From: Octopus bimaculoides
Lineage: Eukaryota
Direction: 5' to 3'
Assembly: GCF_001194135.2 (NCBI RefSeq)
Contig: NC_068983.1
Location: 55,987,614-56,042,816 of the forward strand
DNA length: 55,203 nucleotides
Part shown: piece after piece, positions 23,456 through 36,961 of the stretch
Position numbering within the stretch: the first letter of the stretch is position 1
Layout of the letters: every line of letters begins with the position of its first letter
Notes under the pieces: model-generated
Database searches by the model: none
Told to the model about the DNA's origin: nothing
Seen by the model: the letters and a program-made list of their open reading frames with translations, nothing else
Program-made: the position numbers and the translations under genes

Positions 23456-23645
23456 TGTATTTGTGTCTGTGTTTTGTCCCCACCACCATCGTTTGACAAC
23501 TGATGTTCAGCAAAAGAGACTGATAGAATAAGTATTTGGCTTACAAAGAATAAGTCCTAGGGTCGATTTGTTTGACTAAAGGTGGTGCTCCAGCATGGCC
23601 AAAGTCAAATGACTGAAGCAAGTAAAAGAATGAAAGAATGTAAGA
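23251..23645 (+). mobile_element. Family-B SINE, near full length
   Basis: A-box-like tggctgtgtgg, internal (TA)n at about 23408-23460, 3' tail gaagcaagtaaaagaatgaaagaatg. Confidence 0.85.
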
Positions 23646-24200
23646 GTACAATGTAAGGGCTAACCCATGCCAACCAAAGCCTTCTGAGTGGATTTGGTAG
23701 ATGGAAATTGAAGGAAGCCCATCGTATATGTGTGTTTGTGTGTCTGTGTTTATCCCTCCCACCATCGCTTGACAACCGTGTGTGTGTGTGTGTGTGTGTG
23801 CGTGTGTGTGTGTTGGTGTGTTTATGTCATCATAACTTAGCGGTTCAGCAGAAGAGACCGATAGAAGAAGTACTAGGCTTACTAAGAATAAGTTCTGAAG
23901 TGAATTTGTTCAACTAATGGTTGTGCTCCAGTATGGCCGCAGTCAAATGATTGAAACAAATAAAAGAATAAAAGAATATACAGAAATCATGCTCTCAGTA
24001 CATCACAACACTAACACAGAACTACTTCTCCTCAACTGGACCTACTCTTTTTAACATTATTCCAAAACATATAAAGGAGGAAAGAGATTTCATGATCTTC
24101 AAAAAGTTCCTGGATGAATATTTCCAACAAATTCCAAATAAACCACCTCCACTCGGATATACTGCTGCAAACAATGACTTTAGAAAATTAATATTTTTAA

Positions 24201-24432
24201 GGCAGCGAGCTGGCAAAAACGTTAGCACGCCGGGTGAAATGCTTAGCGGTATTTCTTCTGCCGCTACGTTCTAAGTTCAAATTTCGCCGAGGTTGACTTT
24301 GCCTTTCATCCTTTCGGGAGTCGATAAATTAAGTACCAGTTATGCACGGGGTCGATGTAATCGACTTAATCTCCTTGTCTATCCTTGTTTGTCCCCTCTA
24401 TGTTTAGCCCCTTGTGGGCAATAAAGAAATAA
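24201..24432 (+). mobile_element. Family-A SINE (monomer, tail A1) with TSD
   Basis: 19-bp TSD agaaaatta(a/c)tatttttaa at 24182-24200 and 24432-24450. Confidence 0.9.
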
Positions 24433-24483
24433 GAAAATTACTATTTTTAAATCTCACCACATGAGCTATTCAGCAACAGAACT

Positions 24484-24739
24484 TTGTAGTAAAGATCGTT
24501 TGCCAACATAACACGGCAGTCCTAGTATAGGACTAATGTTGCTGTAATTTAGCCCCAGGAGGCATCATCTCCAGCTGGCTATGCGACACGATCGGTGTCT
24601 CATCCCTTGTTCGAAAATGTAAGGACACAGATCATGTCGTATAGCCAGCTGGAGACGATGTCTCCTGGAGTTAAACTACAGCAACATTCGTCCTAAACCA
24701 GGAATGCCATGTTATGTTGGCAAACAATCTTTACTACAA
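24484..24739. repeat. 256-bp imperfect palindrome (foldback MITE-like)
   Basis: ttgtagtaaagat..gtttgccaacataac..tccagctggctatgcgaca pairs with tgtcgtatagccagctgga..gttatgttggcaaac..atctttactacaa; arms are about 115 bp. Confidence 0.9.
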
Positions 24740-25053
24740 CAACTCTTTAATCGAGTGGGCAATGATGCCTAAAAATAACTATACAAAAATACATTACTAA
24801 ATGTCTTTTCCTGGTGGTGCTATTAAGTTAGCTATGGCCTGGGCCAATGTGGCCAAAACTGATCTAAGTATCTAAGTATACATTTTTATTGACGCCACTG
24901 TATTCTGCATCTCACTCGTTTTCACTTTGACTGAAGTTATTCCAGTTTCTTCTGCATGTGAACAATATGTCAGATATCCTTATCTTTTATTGGAACTTTT
25001 TTTTACATAATATTGTTAAAACAAAAGAAAAATGTTCACCTTTTTGTCTTCAG

Positions 25054-25172
25054 GGATTTGTAGTTGGTTTTTCTGGTTCGAGAATCTTCACTCTTAAAAT
25101 GAATGCCATATCTACAATAGATGTTCCGCTCTCAGCACCTATGTACCAGTATGTGGAAAAGAAGCTGTATTT
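25054..25172 (+). CDS. IFT122: IFT122 internal exon, 119 nt, phase 0/2
   Basis: ttcag acceptor, TT|GTGAGT donor. Translates [39 protein letters not shown] (cf. GFVVGYNGSKIF...VPQSAPMYQYLDRKLF). Confidence 0.96.
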
Positions 25173-25964
25173 GTGAGTTTTACACTTTTCTTCATATGTT
25201 TTTTGTTTTTTGGTTTTACGTCTTTGATTGCACAAGGTATCTGAGCTATGAAAAAAGGATGTGTTTAGGTATTGTATTTAGATGGACACTTGGCTGTGTG
25301 GTTAATAATCTTGCTTTGAAACCGTGTGATTTTGGGTTCGGTCCCAGCATGTGCATCTCAAGCAAGCCCTGGCCTGACCTATGTCTTCTTAAGTAAATTT
25401 GAAAAACAGAAACTATGTGGAATCCTGTTGCTAACCAAAGCCTTGTGAGTGGATTTGGTAGACTGGAATTGAAAGCAGCCTATTGTAAAAAGTTCCCATG
25501 CTGGTGCCACATAAAAAACACCCAGAACACTCCGTAAAGTGGTTGGTATTAAGAAGGGCATTTAACTGTAGAAACGATGTCAAAGCTGACAATAGAAGCC
25601 TGGTGCAGCTCTCAGGCCTGCTAGCTCTTGTTAAACTGTCCATCCCATACCAGCATGGGAAATGGATATCAAATGACAATGATGGTGGAGGTGGTGGTGG
25701 TGGTGACAATGATATACTTGTGTATGTTATTGTCCTGACATCAGATGTTGGTCATAAATAGAACATCACTCTGATACAAGTGATGTCATTCATTTCCAGT
25801 CTTCCCTGGTAAAAAACATGTCTGGCCATGGAGAGATGTGGGGACATGAGGATTGGGGACAGCAACATCATCCTGCTATAGAAAACTCTTTCTGAGCCAT
25901 GCAAGCACTAGAAAGTGAATGTTAAATGACGATGATAATGATGATGTGTATATGTGCATGTATG

Positions 25965-26000
<36 letters not shown>

Positions 26001-27888
26001 TGCTCCAATTGATTACCAATGTTGGTTTGTTTACATCTCCATAATGTAGCAGTTTAGCAAAAGAAATGTATAGAATAAAGACAAGAGAATATAGTACCAA
26101 ACTTAAAAATAGTCCTGGGGTAATTTGTGTTACCAAAACCTCCAGNNNNNNNNNNNNNNNNNNNNNNNNNNNNNNNNNNNNNNNNNNNNNNNNNNNNNNN
26201 NNNNNNNNNNNNNNNNNNNNNNNNNNNNNNNNNNNNNNNNNNNNNNNNNNNNNNNNNNNNNNNNNNNNNNNNNNNNNNNNNNNNNNNNNNNNNNNNNNNN
26301 NNNNNNNNNNNNNNNNNNNNNNNNNNNNNNNNNNNNNGCCCTCGTGCCAGTGGCACGTAAAAAGCAGCCACTACACTCTCAGAGTGGTTGGCATTAGGAA
26401 GGGCATCCAGCTGTAGAAACTTTGCCAGATCAGATTGGAGCCTGGTGCAGTCAAACGGTCCAACACATGCCAGCATGGAAAGTGGACGTTAAAAGATATT
26501 GATGATGATGATTATGATTTGACTGCAGCCATGCTGGAGCCACTGCTTGGAAGAATTTTAGTTGAAGGAACTGACACCAGTACTTGTCTGGTGATCTTAT
26601 TCTGGTGGCCTAATTTGTTGAACCCCTAAGTTATGGGGACATAAACACTACAACACCGTAGGTGGAGGACAAACAGACACACAAAAACACACACAAACAC
26701 ACATATATGACAAGCTTCTTTCAGTTTCTATATACCAGGTCCACTCACCAGGCTTTGATTGGCCCAAGGCTAGAGTAGAAAACTTTGCTCAAGGTGCCAT
26801 GCAGTGGAACTGAACCCAGAATCATGTGGTTGGGAAGCAAATCTCTTACCACACAACCACGCAAACATTTTGAATTTGAAGTTCTTACGGTGTAGAAAAC
26901 TTCATTGGAAATAACATGTGACACAATAATTAGTGTTTCCATAGAATTTTCTGGAATTCTCTTTATATTTATTTATGCATATTTATTTGTGTACCTTGCA
27001 GTAGATGCCCTTTCTAATTCCATCATGAATTGGGAATGGTATTGATTTTCCAATCAGGCTCTCTAGAACAATCAGGGAATTGTGCATTTCTCAAGGAAAG
27101 AAAGCAATTCTTACAGCAAAACGTGATCCCTGTTGCCCCACAGGCATAAATCATCCGTACATAATACCATTTTGTTTGGAAACAGAGTTCAATAATAGTT
27201 CTAAGATGCACTGTATATCTTAGGAAATGGGATTAGAATTTGAGCATATCAATTGTAATTACCAGGTAGATTGCAGAACATCACCGTAGTTCTGAGATGA
27301 TCATGCTGGATAATCAGTGATACTTCAAATGCAACAGGGAAAGTGGAAAGGATAGAAAAGAAAGCAGTTTATTTTCCCCATGTGCAAATTATGCGACCTA
27401 ACTACTAATCTACATGCTGTTGAAGCTTAGTCATAAGTTTTATTTGATTCAAATCAATCCTACCTACTCCGTCCTTCCTTCATTCATTCTTTCTTTCTCT
27501 CTCTCTTGTTGGTGAGAAAAGCATGTGAAAATAAAATTTTGTTAGCTAAAGAAACAAATATAAGCATCATCATCATCATCATCATCATTATGAGACTCAC
27601 ATAATGTCCACTTTTTCCCTGCTTGCATAGGGTCAAACAGAATTTGTTTGAAACTGATTAATTTTAGGGTCTGATGCCCTTTCTGTCTGATGCCTTTTAT
27701 GGTCTGATGCCCTTTCTGTCAACGAACCTTAACTTGTAACCATGCCAGGTAACATTTTCCCCATTGCAAGACATTTATTTTTTTTTTCTGGGAACCTGGA
27801 AACGAATAACCTTGCTTGTACAGTGATGATGCTTATTTACATGATAATGTGAGGAAAATCACACATGCACACAAATGCATACTCACAA

Positions 27889-27920
<32 letters not shown>

Positions 27921-28156
27921 TCATATAGGTACATGCATTCATAGCCCTTAGACACATAAACACAAACGCACTCAAACGTGTGCACATGCACACACACACA
28001 TACATGCAAGCAAACTCACACACACCCATTCATGCATGCACAGGTACTTACAGCACTTAGACACATGAATGCATGCACACACACACATACACACACACAC
28101 ACATTTCATGCATGCACATGTACTCAGAACACTTAGACACATGAACGCATGCACAT

Positions 28157-28193
<37 letters not shown>

Positions 28194-28433
28194 CATGCAC
28201 ACACACACACACACACAAACAAAGACACACACACATTCATGCATGCACACATACAACAATTAGATACATAAACGCATGTACACACACACACACATCCATG
28301 CATGCACACATACAGCACTTAAGACACACAAACTCATGCAAACACCCACATCGTGGCTATTGATTTTAAAGGTAGATTTTAATCATTTCTTTCACATATA
28401 TTGCATTTGTTCCTTTTTTTCCCCTTTCAACAG

Positions 28434-28587
28434 AGAAGCCTGTAACATTGCATGCCTTGGTGTCACTGATACGGATTGGGACATCCTTGGACAACAGTCA
28501 CTGGAGGCTCTAGATTTGGACACCGCCAAGAAAGCATTCATACACTCCCAGAATTATCCTTATTTGGAATTAATACAGAATATTGAG
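28434..28587 (+). CDS. IFT122: IFT122 internal exon, 154 nt, phase 2/0
   Basis: aacag acceptor; its first base completes TT+A (Leu). GAG|GTTGAT donor. Translates [51 protein letters not shown] (cf. [35 protein letters not shown]). Confidence 0.96.
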
Positions 28588-28642
28588 GTTGATATTTCAG
28601 TCACATTGTTTCATGAAATTTCTCTGCTTCTTTCATTGTAAT

Positions 28643-29460
28643 GGTGTCATGTCTTTTCGTCTGATGTCACTTTGTCAAATGTCTTTTCCTCTGACGTCAC
28701 TTTGTCAAACGTTTTTTTCATTTGACGTCACTTTGTCAAACGTCTTTTCGTCCGACATCTTTTTGTCCAAGGATTTTTTTTTTTATCCAACCACAAATCC
28801 TATCACTAAAATGCTCAATTGTTATTTGATTTTCATGTTCACCTTGTTTTCATCATCATCATTTAACGTCCACTTTCCATGTTAGCATGCGTTGGACGAT
28901 TTGACTGAGAACTGGCGAATCAGATGGCTACACCAGGCTCCAATCTGATTTGGCAGAGTTTCTACAACTGGAAGCCCTTCCTAACACCAACCACTCTGAG
29001 AGTGTAGTAGGTGCTTTTCCGTGCCACTGGTACGAAGGCCAGTCAGGCGGTGCTGGCAACGGCCACGCTTAAAATGGTGTATTTTATTATTTTATGTGCC
29101 ACCTGCACAGGAGCCAGTCCAGCGGCACTGGCAATGATCTCGCTCAAATGTTTTTTTTCACGTGCCACTGGCACAAGTGCCAGTAAGGCGACACTGATAA
29201 TGATCACGCTCAAATGGTGCTATTTATGTGCCACTGGCACAGAAGCCAGACAGCTGCTCTAGCAATGATCACGCTCGGACGGAGCTCTTAGTGCTCCACT
29301 GGTACAGGTGCCCTCACGATTTCGAATTCTAAGGAGTTTATTTAAACATCAACAAAAAATCGTTGGATAAAAGAAATCGTCGAACAAAAAGACGTTGGAC
29401 CAAAATATATGGACGAAGTGATGTGAAACGAAGTGACATCGGACAAAAAGTCTGGTCATG
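28643..29460. mobile_element. MULE/Foldback-like non-autonomous DNA element with 9-bp TSD, interrupted by an RTE tail
   Basis: Perfect TSD cattgtaat at 28634-42 and 29461-69. Inverted termini share tttt(c/t)gtc(t/c)gatgtcactt. About 30-bp subterminal tandem units on the left, related short motifs on the right. Confidence 0.68.
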
Positions 29461-31259
29461 CATTGTAATATATTGTAGTGTGAATACAGGTGCTATGTAA
29501 TATATTGGTTTCAAATTTTAAGACAAGGCCAGCAATTTTGGTGGGGGTTGGGGAGTAAGTCAGTTATACTGATTCCAGTGTTCAACCTGAAAAGATGAAA
29601 GCCAAAGTTGACCTTGGTGGAATTTGAACTCAGAGAATACCATAAATGGACAAAATACTGCTAAGCATTTTGCCCTGTGTGCTAATGATTTTGTCAGCTT
29701 GCCACCTTAGTGCAATGCAATATGTTGTAGTGTGATTATATGGTCAAGGAGTGTGCTGAAGGAGTTTTGAGTTCAATCCCAACGTGTGGTACCGTGGGCA
29801 AGTGTCTTCTATTATAGTCTCGAGCCAGCTAAAGACCTGTAAATGGATTTGGTAAATAGAAAGTGAAAAAAGCCCAGTTTTTGTTTGTTTGTTTATATGA
29901 ATGTGTGTATGAATGTCATTGTTCAGTTTTATTTCAAGAGTTCTTGCCAAGAGATAAAAAAAAACAGTTTCTAACCTAGATCCAAGGCTCTTTCATTGGA
30001 ATTTCAACATCAACAACAGGGTATTTTTGTTTGTATGTATGTATGTATGTATATGTGCAAATTTGTACGTTTTGTTTTATGTATGTATTCTCATGCATAT
30101 AGTTACATATCTAAACATGCTCATATATATATTCAAATGATAAACTTCTGGAAAGTTTTACAGATTTTTACAGTTCCACTGATGGATTGGATCTGTAGTC
30201 TTCGAATTAGCTTTCTCCTTTCTGGTTTTGAGAAGCCTAATTTCTCAAGATTGGTATTTAGGCAGTGTGTTGTATGTATGTATGTATGTACGTACATTCG
30301 TATGTACATATGTCTGTATGTATGTGAGTGTGTCTTGTTTAAATGTTTGTGGGTAAGTGTGTCTCCTTGTCTGGATACTGTGTGATAGTTGTGAATGTAT
30401 GTTGCTATCATACAAGAAGCGCTTTCATTTCCAATATTCTTTGTAAGCATATCTGGCCTTGGAGGGTGGTGGTGGTGGTGGGGATACTATCTTGCTTGGA
30501 ATCAGGTGGGGTGTTGGTAATCGGGAGGGTATTTAACTGTAGAAAATCAGCTTCAGTAAATTGCATCTGACCCATGCAATCATGGAAAAGTGGGCATTAA
30601 GATGATGACGATGCTATTGATTAAAAAAAATTTCTCTAAAGGCATCGCTGAAATTTTTCAAATGTAAATGTTATTTCCAAAAGAAATTTCCACAGCCATA
30701 TCAGATTTATGCAAATTAGTGACCTGACTGCTAAACCAGATCTTCGTCTAAGGAAATGAAAAATGTTAATTTCTACCATTTAGTTTCTCCAGGACTAAAA
30801 TTTGAAACTAAAATTTGAAAAAAAGATTAGTTTCCTTTTTTTCATTTTTATGTGTCTAGTAGACCTAAACTTAATTTATAGTCTGACCTAGTAGGCTACA
30901 CAATTCACTATGTTGTAATTAAATTCATACACAACTTGATTGCCTGAAATATTAATCTAAACTGTTTAGTTGACCTGCAGTTATAATTGTTAACACATCT
31001 TTAACCAAATTGTTTACATACTAACAGAATATTACTGTACAAATTTAGTTTGGGGTATTTATTTTTCATTGTCTGTATTTGTTTGGTTTGTTGCTTGTGT
31101 ATGTGTGTGTATGTGTGTGTATGTGTGTATGTTTGTATGTATCTATGTATGTATATATATATATATATATGTACATATATATATGCACATATATATATAT
31201 ATTTATCTGTATCCATATCTGAATACATGTATATATGTATGTATGTATGTATGCATGTA

Positions 31260-31309
<50 letters not shown>

Positions 31310-31627
31310 NNNNNNNNNNNNNNNNNNNNNNNNNNNNNNNNNNNNNNNNNNNNNNNNNNNNNNNNNNNNNNNNNNNNNNNNNNNNNNNNNNNNNNNNNNN
31401 NNNNNNNNNNNNNNNNNNNNNNNNNNNNNNNNNNNNNNNNNNNNNNNNNNNNNNNNNNNNNNNNNNNNNNNNNNNNNNNNNNNNNNNNNNNNNNNNNNNN
31501 NNNNNNNNNNNNNNNNNNNNNNNNNNNNNNNNNNNNNNNNNNNNNNNNNNNNNNNNNNNNNNNNNNNNNNNNNNNNNNNNNNNNNNNNNNNNNNNNNNNN
31601 NNNNNNNNNNNNNNNNNNNNNNNNNNN

Positions 31628-31680
<53 letters not shown>

Positions 31681-31768
31681 TATATATATATATACATACA
31701 CATACACATATATATATATACTTGCACATGCAGCATTCATTGATGCACATCTTGATATAAACTTACAG

Positions 31769-31930
31769 GATCGAAGGAAATGTGGAGAAACCGATAATCT
31801 TGTGTTCCTTGCTGATATTTATGCTCACAAAGGGAAATTCCAAGAAGCAGCCAAACTCTACAAGAAAGCTGGGCAAGAACACAGAGCAATGGCTATGTTT
31901 TCGGATCTCCGAATGTTTGATTACGCAAAG
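31769..31930 (+). CDS. IFT122: IFT122 internal exon, 162 nt, phase 0/0
   Basis: tacag acceptor, AAG|GTAATT donor. Translates DRRKCGETDNLVFLADIYAHKGKFQEAAKLYKKAGQEHRAMAMFSDLRMFDYAK (cf. [32 protein letters not shown]). Confidence 0.96.
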
Positions 31931-32531
31931 GTAATTTCTGCCAAGCTTTCTCCTATCGTTTCTTTTTTTTTCTATATAATCCATCAACGTCTCAAGAAAG
32001 TCTTTCTGTTGCTAGAATGGTACTGTTTGTGCCAACCTTGTCCTGACATCTCGTCATGGAAGTAAATCAGTGTCTTCATCCATCATATAAAAGATGTGTT
32101 TCATTTCCAGTCTGGCCTGAAAACATGTCTGGCCGTGAAGAAGAATTATTGCTTTAGTTGGAAACGAGTGAAGGTTGGTGACAGGAAAGGTATCCAACCA
32201 TGAAATCGTATACCTCGATGAATCCTGCTCTACCTGACCCATGTGATCGTGAAAAAGTGGACATTAAAAGGATGAGGAAGAAGAGGATAATGATGATGCT
32301 GATGATGATGATGATTATGATTATACTGCTGCTGATGATGGTGGTAGTGATGATGATAACGATGAGCTGATACTTCCAATATTTTCACTATTATATTGTA
32401 TTACTAAAGCCAGTTCTGTTTTCATTCATACAAATGTTTGTGTGTAGAACTATTTTAAATTACACCTGTTAACACCTGTGACTTAAGAATGTACTATAAT
32501 AATATCTCACTTAATCTCTTATTGCATCTAG

Positions 32532-32698
32532 GAATATATTGGCTCAGGTGCCGCTGCGGACGAACGCCAGCTAATCAGCAAACAGGCAGACTGGGCCAAG
32601 AGCAGCAACGAACCCAAAGTTGCAGCTGAAATGTACATGGCGGCTTCAGAATATACCAAAGCTGTTCAAATTATGGGAGAGCATGGTTGGTCAGATAT
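32532..32698 (+). CDS. IFT122: IFT122 internal exon, 167 nt, phase 0/2
   Basis: tctag acceptor, AT|GTAAGT donor. Translates EYIGSGAAADERQLISKQADWAKSSNEPKVAAEMYMAASEYTKAVQIMGEHGWSD (cf. [22 protein letters not shown]...GDHGWVD). This frame is absent from the ORF track. Confidence 0.96.
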
Positions 32699-32806
32699 GT
32701 AAGTTTTCTGTTCGTTTATTTGGCATTATTGCTATTTTACGGAATGAATACTCTGTTTGCAAAAAGACATTGTCTTGTAGTATCAAAAGTACTTTTTTTT
32801 TTGTTT

Positions 32807-33022
32807 TGGTGCTAAGAGCGCAGGCTGCTAACCCCAAGATTCTGAGTTCGATTCTAGACAGTGACCTGAATAATGATAATAATAATAATAGTACTAATAA
32901 TAATGACAATATCAAAAAATACCTTAGGAATGAGAACCTAGGTTTGAAGTTTCCCCAAGACACCTGATGAAAGCTGAAGGATATATTAGCCGAAACGTTG
33001 TATTAACAACAAACAAGATGAG
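32807..33022 (+). mobile_element. Second tRNA-head + (AAT)n + hammerhead SINE copy
   Basis: Head ...gctaagagcgcaggctgctaaccccaagattctgagttcgattct (B box 32845-32855), (AAT)n, then gacac-CTGATGA-a-agctg..tagcc-GAAACGTT-gtatt (32959-33004). Its 3' end is interrupted by a family-B SINE fragment. Confidence 0.8.
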
Positions 33023-33563
33023 GGCCGACCAAAGCCTTGTGAGTGGATTTGGTAGACGAAAACTGAAAGAAGCCCGTTGTATATATGTATGTGTGTGTAT
33101 ATGTTTGTGTGTCTGTGTTTGTCCCCCCAACATCGCTTGACAACTGATGCTGGTGTGTTTACACCCCCTGTAACTTAGCAGTTCGGCAAAAGAGACCGAT
33201 AGAATAAGTACTAAGCTTCCAAAGAATAAGTCCTAGGGGTTGNNNNNNNNNNNNNNNNNNNNNNNNNNNNNNNNNNNNNNNNNNNNNNNNNNNNNNNNNN
33301 NNNNNNNNNNNNNNNNNNNNNNNNNNNNNNNNNNNNNNNNNNNNNNNNNNNNNNNNNNNNNNNNNNNNNNNNNNNNNNNNNNNNNNNNNNNNNNNNNNNN
33401 NNNNNNNNNNNNNNNNNNNNNNNNNNNNNNNNNNNNNNNNNNNNNNNNNNNNNNNNNNNNNNNNNNNNNNNNNNNNNNNNNNNNNNNNNNNNNNNNNNNN
33501 NNNNNNNNNNNNNNNNNNNNNNNNNNNNNNNNNNNNNNNNNNNNNNNNNNNNNNNNNNNNNNN

Positions 33564-33598
<35 letters not shown>

Positions 33599-34234
33599 TA
33601 TGACAGGCTTCTTTCAGTTTCCTTCTACCAAATCCACTCACAAGGCTTTGGTTGGCTTGCGGCTATAGTAGAAGACACTTGCCCAAGGTGCCATGCAGTG
33701 GGACTGAACCCAGAACCATGTGGTTGGTAAGCAAGCTACTTACCACAAGAGGTTCTCGAAAAGTATGGAGAATGCTGATGTGAAGATCAGTGATAAATCA
33801 AGGTCATTTTGTACTTAACTATAAGCTGTCTGCTACGTGATGGCTTAATTTCACATTGTGATTGGTTGTTGTGTAAAAGACTTATTGCCATTGTTTGGTC
33901 TTTGCAGTCAGGTTTATTTATTACTATTTCAACAATTATCTTGCTGGATCTATCAGCTTTCCTTGAACATGATTATCAAAGCAGTTCAAGAAGAAGGTAT
34001 TTAAACTTACAGAAAGACTGTCCTGCCTGAAGAAATTATTTTATATCTGAGAAATGCCTGGTAATTACTGACATTAGAATGTGTCTTGGAGAAAGTCTGG
34101 GTCAATGGCATTCATTGGAAGTACACTCAATGCTGCTTGATTTATATCTCTAGTTAGACTAATATGGAAACAGACATTTTAAAACTACGAACTATTTCAA
34201 TTAAGTCCACAGTTAAAACTATACTGGAATACAT

Positions 34235-34380
34235 TATTGACATTATTTACTTTATTTACATTTGATGGATATTTGTCCTCATCTTGTTTATTGTTGACAC
34301 ACCATTTCCGCTAATATACCCTCCAGCCTTCATCAGGTGTCTTGGGGAAATTTCGAACCTGGGTTCTCATTACTAAGGTA
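34235..34380 (-). mobile_element. Hammerhead-SINE body fragment
   Basis: Reverse complement contains gacacCTGATGAaggctggagggtatattagcgGAAAtggtgtg (CTGATGA at 34330-34336) and an aataatgt-type tail. Confidence 0.8.
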
Positions 34381-36730
34381 TACTGAAATATCTGTGCAGG
34401 TCTTTATGAATATTTTTCTGTATCATTTATAAGTGAAGGCTTATGGATTAGTAGTTAGGGTGTTGTGATCAGTATTATTAGATCATGGTTTCAATTCCCA
34501 GATGAGGTAGTGTGTTGTGTTCGTCAACGAAATACTTCATTTTTAAGCTCTCGAGCTGAAACTAGTAAAGAAAACAAAGAAATATTTCATTATCATCATC
34601 ATCAGTGTTTAATGTCCACTTTCCTTGCTGGCATGGGTTGGACGTTTTGACTGAGGTCTGAACTGCCTGCGGCTGCACCAGACTCCAATCTGATCTGGCA
34701 GAGTTTTTACAGCTGGATGCCCTTCCTAATGCACACCAATCCGAGACTGTAGTGGTTGCTTTTTATGTGCCACTGGCACAGGAACCAGTCTAGTGGGCCT
34801 GGCATCATCATCATCATTTAATGTCCACTTTCCATGCTGGCATAGGTTGGATGGTTTGATGGAAAACTGGTAAGCTGGGAGTAGGAGGGCTGCACCAGGG
34901 CTGCACTAATCTGATTTGGCAAGGTTTCTACAGCTGGATGCCCTTCTTAATGCTAACCACTCTGAGAGTGTAGTAGGTGTTTTTTATGTGCCACTGGCAC
35001 AGCTGCCATTATTCTGATAGTGGCATCGGCGACAACTACGGTCTGACTTGGCTTGACAGGTCTACACGAGCATTGTATATTGGCGAAGGTCTTGGTCACC
35101 TGTCATTGCCTCCATGAGGCCTAACGCTCAAATGTTGCTTTTTACGTTCCACCGGCATGAGTGCCAGTCAGGCAACACTGGCATCAGTCATGACTACAAT
35201 TTCACTTGGTTTGACAGGTCTTCACAAGCACAGCATATTGCCCAAAATCTCAATCAGAATCTCAAATCAAAATCAAAAATGGAAATTTTAGTTGTAGCTG
35301 ATGCCAGTGCCACCTGACTGGCTCCCGTGCTGGTAGCATGCAATAAGCACCATTCATGTGTGGGTCTTTGCCGGTGCCGCCTGACTGGCTCCTTGTGCCA
35401 GTAGCATGTAAAAAGCACCATCTGAACATGGCTGATGCCAGTGCCGCCTGACTCGCTTCCGTGCTGGTGGCATGTAAAAAGCACCCACTACACTCACAGA
35501 GTGGCTGGCGTTAGGAAGGGCATCCAACTGTAGAAACACTGCCAGATCAGATTGGAGCCTGGTGCAGCCTCATGGCTTGCCAGTCTCCAGTCAAACCTTC
35601 CAACCCATACCAGCATGGAAAACAGATGTTAAACGATGATGATGATAACGGGCTTCTATTAATTTCCGTCTACCAAATCCACTCCCAAGTCTTTGGTTGG
35701 CCTAAGGCTATAGTAGAAGACACTTGCTCAATGCGCTGCTCAGTAAGACTGAACCTGGGACCATGTGGCTGGGAAGCAAGCTTCTTACCACACAGCCATG
35801 CCTGTACTTTTAGTGGTGTTTGAAACATAAAATTTTCATTGGGGAAATTATGATAAAAGGTTTATACGTTTAAATCATATGAATATATGAAAACGAAATA
35901 CCTCGTATCATGAAACCAAAAGCTGTCTCTGGGAGTTGGCTATTGAAAGGGTTAATGACTGGTTGACATTATTTTTGTGGAAAATATTAGTTAAGCAGGA
36001 GGATATATTGTTTTTAATTAAGAAAATGAAGCATACTAATCTATCTCTTCCACTATTTATCAGTTCAGCATTTATCTAAAATTAATACAATCTATCTTTG
36101 TTGCTTCAGCTGCTTTAATCCTTTTCTTCAGTCTGTAACTTCTGACATACATTAATCTAATCTACATATATATCTAACTTTTGATTCATAGATAACATCT
36201 TCCCATTTTTAAATATTTCTAAGACAATGGTGATTCTGTGGCATCATACTCTGAAAGACAAACATTCAAACACTGTTACTGATTAAAGGACATTGATTAT
36301 TATTAGGAAAAAAACCCAATCCTACTCAAACAATATTGATTCTAAGCCGCTATTAATTCTCAGACAATAATGATCTTAAGACAAAAGAATCTCATTGTAA
36401 CTTCCATATACCTTGCCCCACCACCACTTCCTTGGTGTCTGATATGCTGCTTTCTCTTGTTTTGAAGACAGTAAGAATTAATCTTTGCAAATTACAACGA
36501 ATCTGTCATGTCTTTTATCTTTCTCCTCCATCTGTGGGACATGAACAAAGCAAATAAGTTCAGCTCTCTTTTTACATGAGTGCATTAAAGTGCACATATA
36601 CATTGTCATCATCATCACTTAATGTCCTCTTTCCCATGTTGCATGGGTCAGGTGGAATCTGTTGAGGGCAGATTTTCTACAGCTGGTTGCCCTTCTGTTA
36701 TTAAGCCTCACCTGTTTGCCAGAAAGGTAA

Positions 36731-36961
36731 GGTGGTGAGCTGGCAGAATCGTTAGCATGCCGGGCGAAATGCTTAGCGGTATTTTGTCTGCCGTTACGTT
36801 CTGAGTTCAAATTCCGCCGAGGTTGACTTTGCCTTTCATCCTTTCGGGGTCGATAAATTAAGTACCAGTTACACACTGGGGTCGATGTAATCGACTTAAT
36901 CCCTTTGTCTGTCCTTGTTTGTCCCCTCTATGTTTAGCCCCTTGTGGGCAATAAATAAATA
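36731..36961 (+). mobile_element. Family-A SINE (monomer, tail A1) inserted in an RTE-tail-like repeat
   Basis: 10-bp TSD agaaaggtaa at 36721-36730 and 36962-36971. Confidence 0.9.
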
